A stretch of DNA of 64,000 nt, taken from positions 8,434,001-8,498,000 of the forward strand of contig CM059433.1 in assembly GCA_030390025.1 (NCBI GenBank), in the 5' to 3' direction. Numbering within the stretch: the stretch's first letter is position 1; each line of letters opens with the position of its first letter. Origin of the DNA: Squalus acanthias (lineage: Eukaryota). Below the pieces are notes generated by a model that searched no databases, was not told the origin of the DNA, and saw only the letters and a list, made by a program, of their open reading frames with translations. This document shows, in pieces, positions 62,945 to 64,000 of the stretch. The position numbers and the translations under genes are program-made.

Positions 62945-63130
62945 ATACACAGAAAGACTCAGCAGGTCGGGCAGCATCTGCAGTGAGTGAAACAGGGTCA
63001 ATGTTTCAGGTCGATGACCTTTCATCAAAACTGGAAGTTGTTAGAGATGAGCAGCTTTTTAAGCAAATACAGAGACAGGGAAAAGGCGGGAGGGTGGGAA
63101 AAGAGCAAAATGGAGAGGTCTAAGATAGGA
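62945..63130. mobile_element. Penelope-like fragment with mutated hammerhead core
   Basis: ACTCAGCAGGTCGGGCAGCATCTG..TTTCAGGTCGATGACCTTTCATCAAA, homologous to 16630-16730. Confidence 0.6.
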
Positions 63131-63134
63131 TGGA

Positions 63135-63608
63135 GGCGAGGGGGTTGTCTTGTGAAGAAAGGTTGAGCAGGTTGGGCCTATACTCATTGGAGTTTAGAAG
63201 AATGAGAGGTGATCTTATTGAAACATATCTGAAGGGGCTGGACAGGGTAGATGCAGGGAGGATGTTTCCCCTCGTGGGGGAATCCAGAACTAGGCGGCAT
63301 AGTTTCAGAATAAGGGGTCGCCCATTTAAGACGGAGATGAGGAGGAATTTCTTCTCTCAGAGGGTGGTGAATCTTTGGAATTCTCTACCCCAGAGAGCTG
63401 TGGAGGCTGGGTCATTGAATATATTTAAGGTGGAGATAGACAGATTTTTGAACTATAGGGGAGTGAAGGATTATGGGGAGCGGGCAGGGAAGTGGTGTTG
63501 AGGCCAAGATCAGATCAGCCATGATCTTATTAAATGGCGGAGCAGGCTCGAGGGGCCCAAATGACCTACTCCTGCTCCTATTTCTTATGTTTTTATGTTT
63601 TTATGTTC
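63135..63608 (+). mobile_element. CR1 LINE 3' end
   Basis: GLSCEERLSRLGLYSLEFRRMRGDLIETY..WNSLPQRAVEA; tail. Confidence 0.92.
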
Positions 63609-64000
63609 TGGAGGGCAGGAACAATTAAATGTCAAGACAAGTATATGGAAAAAATACTTGATTGAAAGTACAGATACACGATTGCAGCAACTTGCAGCAG
63701 TAACAATCAGGTCACTTTTGTTTTGAAGAGACCATGCATAAGGGGCCAAAGCGAGGGCACCACCAAGGAACGAAGACAAGATAACTCGAGCTGCAGCGGT
63801 TAGCTGACACTAAGTTTTGAGTTTTAAAAGCCCACGGGGAAAACCAAGGAGGTGCTTTGAATGAAATTTTCTTGGCGGGGTGTGCTGGGCACATCTAGGA
63901 ATTGACTGTATCTGAGAGCATCCCACTGAAGTGATAGCATCCCTTTAATAATGCTCTTTTATAAATATGAGCTGTAACGTGTTGTTACGGTGAGCTCCAA

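Overview
Eukaryotic, repeat-dense intergenic or intronic DNA from a cartilaginous fish, most likely a shark (HE1-type V-SINE, DeuSINE/SacSINE1-like SINEs and shark-type CR1 tails). I could not identify any host protein-coding exon with confidence. The ORFs in the track that I can assign are decayed LINE or Harbinger fragments, their antisense shadows, or read-through of tandem repeats. The window holds many truncated CR1, L2 and RTE LINEs, SINEs, PIF/Harbinger remnants and MITEs, Penelope-type palindromes carrying hammerhead ribozyme motifs, four minisatellites, a tRNA-Leu pseudogene and a ~2.5 kb local duplication. The most interesting item is at 57.7-61.0 kb: an essentially full-length CR1-group LINE with a tRNA-derived (A/B-box) 5' head, no ORF1 and no TTTT on its ~3.3 kb sense strand. 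This suggests an RNA polymerase III-transcribed, protein-coding retrotransposon, and it sits in a twin-priming-like 5'-inverted configuration. Coordinates were read by eye and repeat boundaries are approximate.
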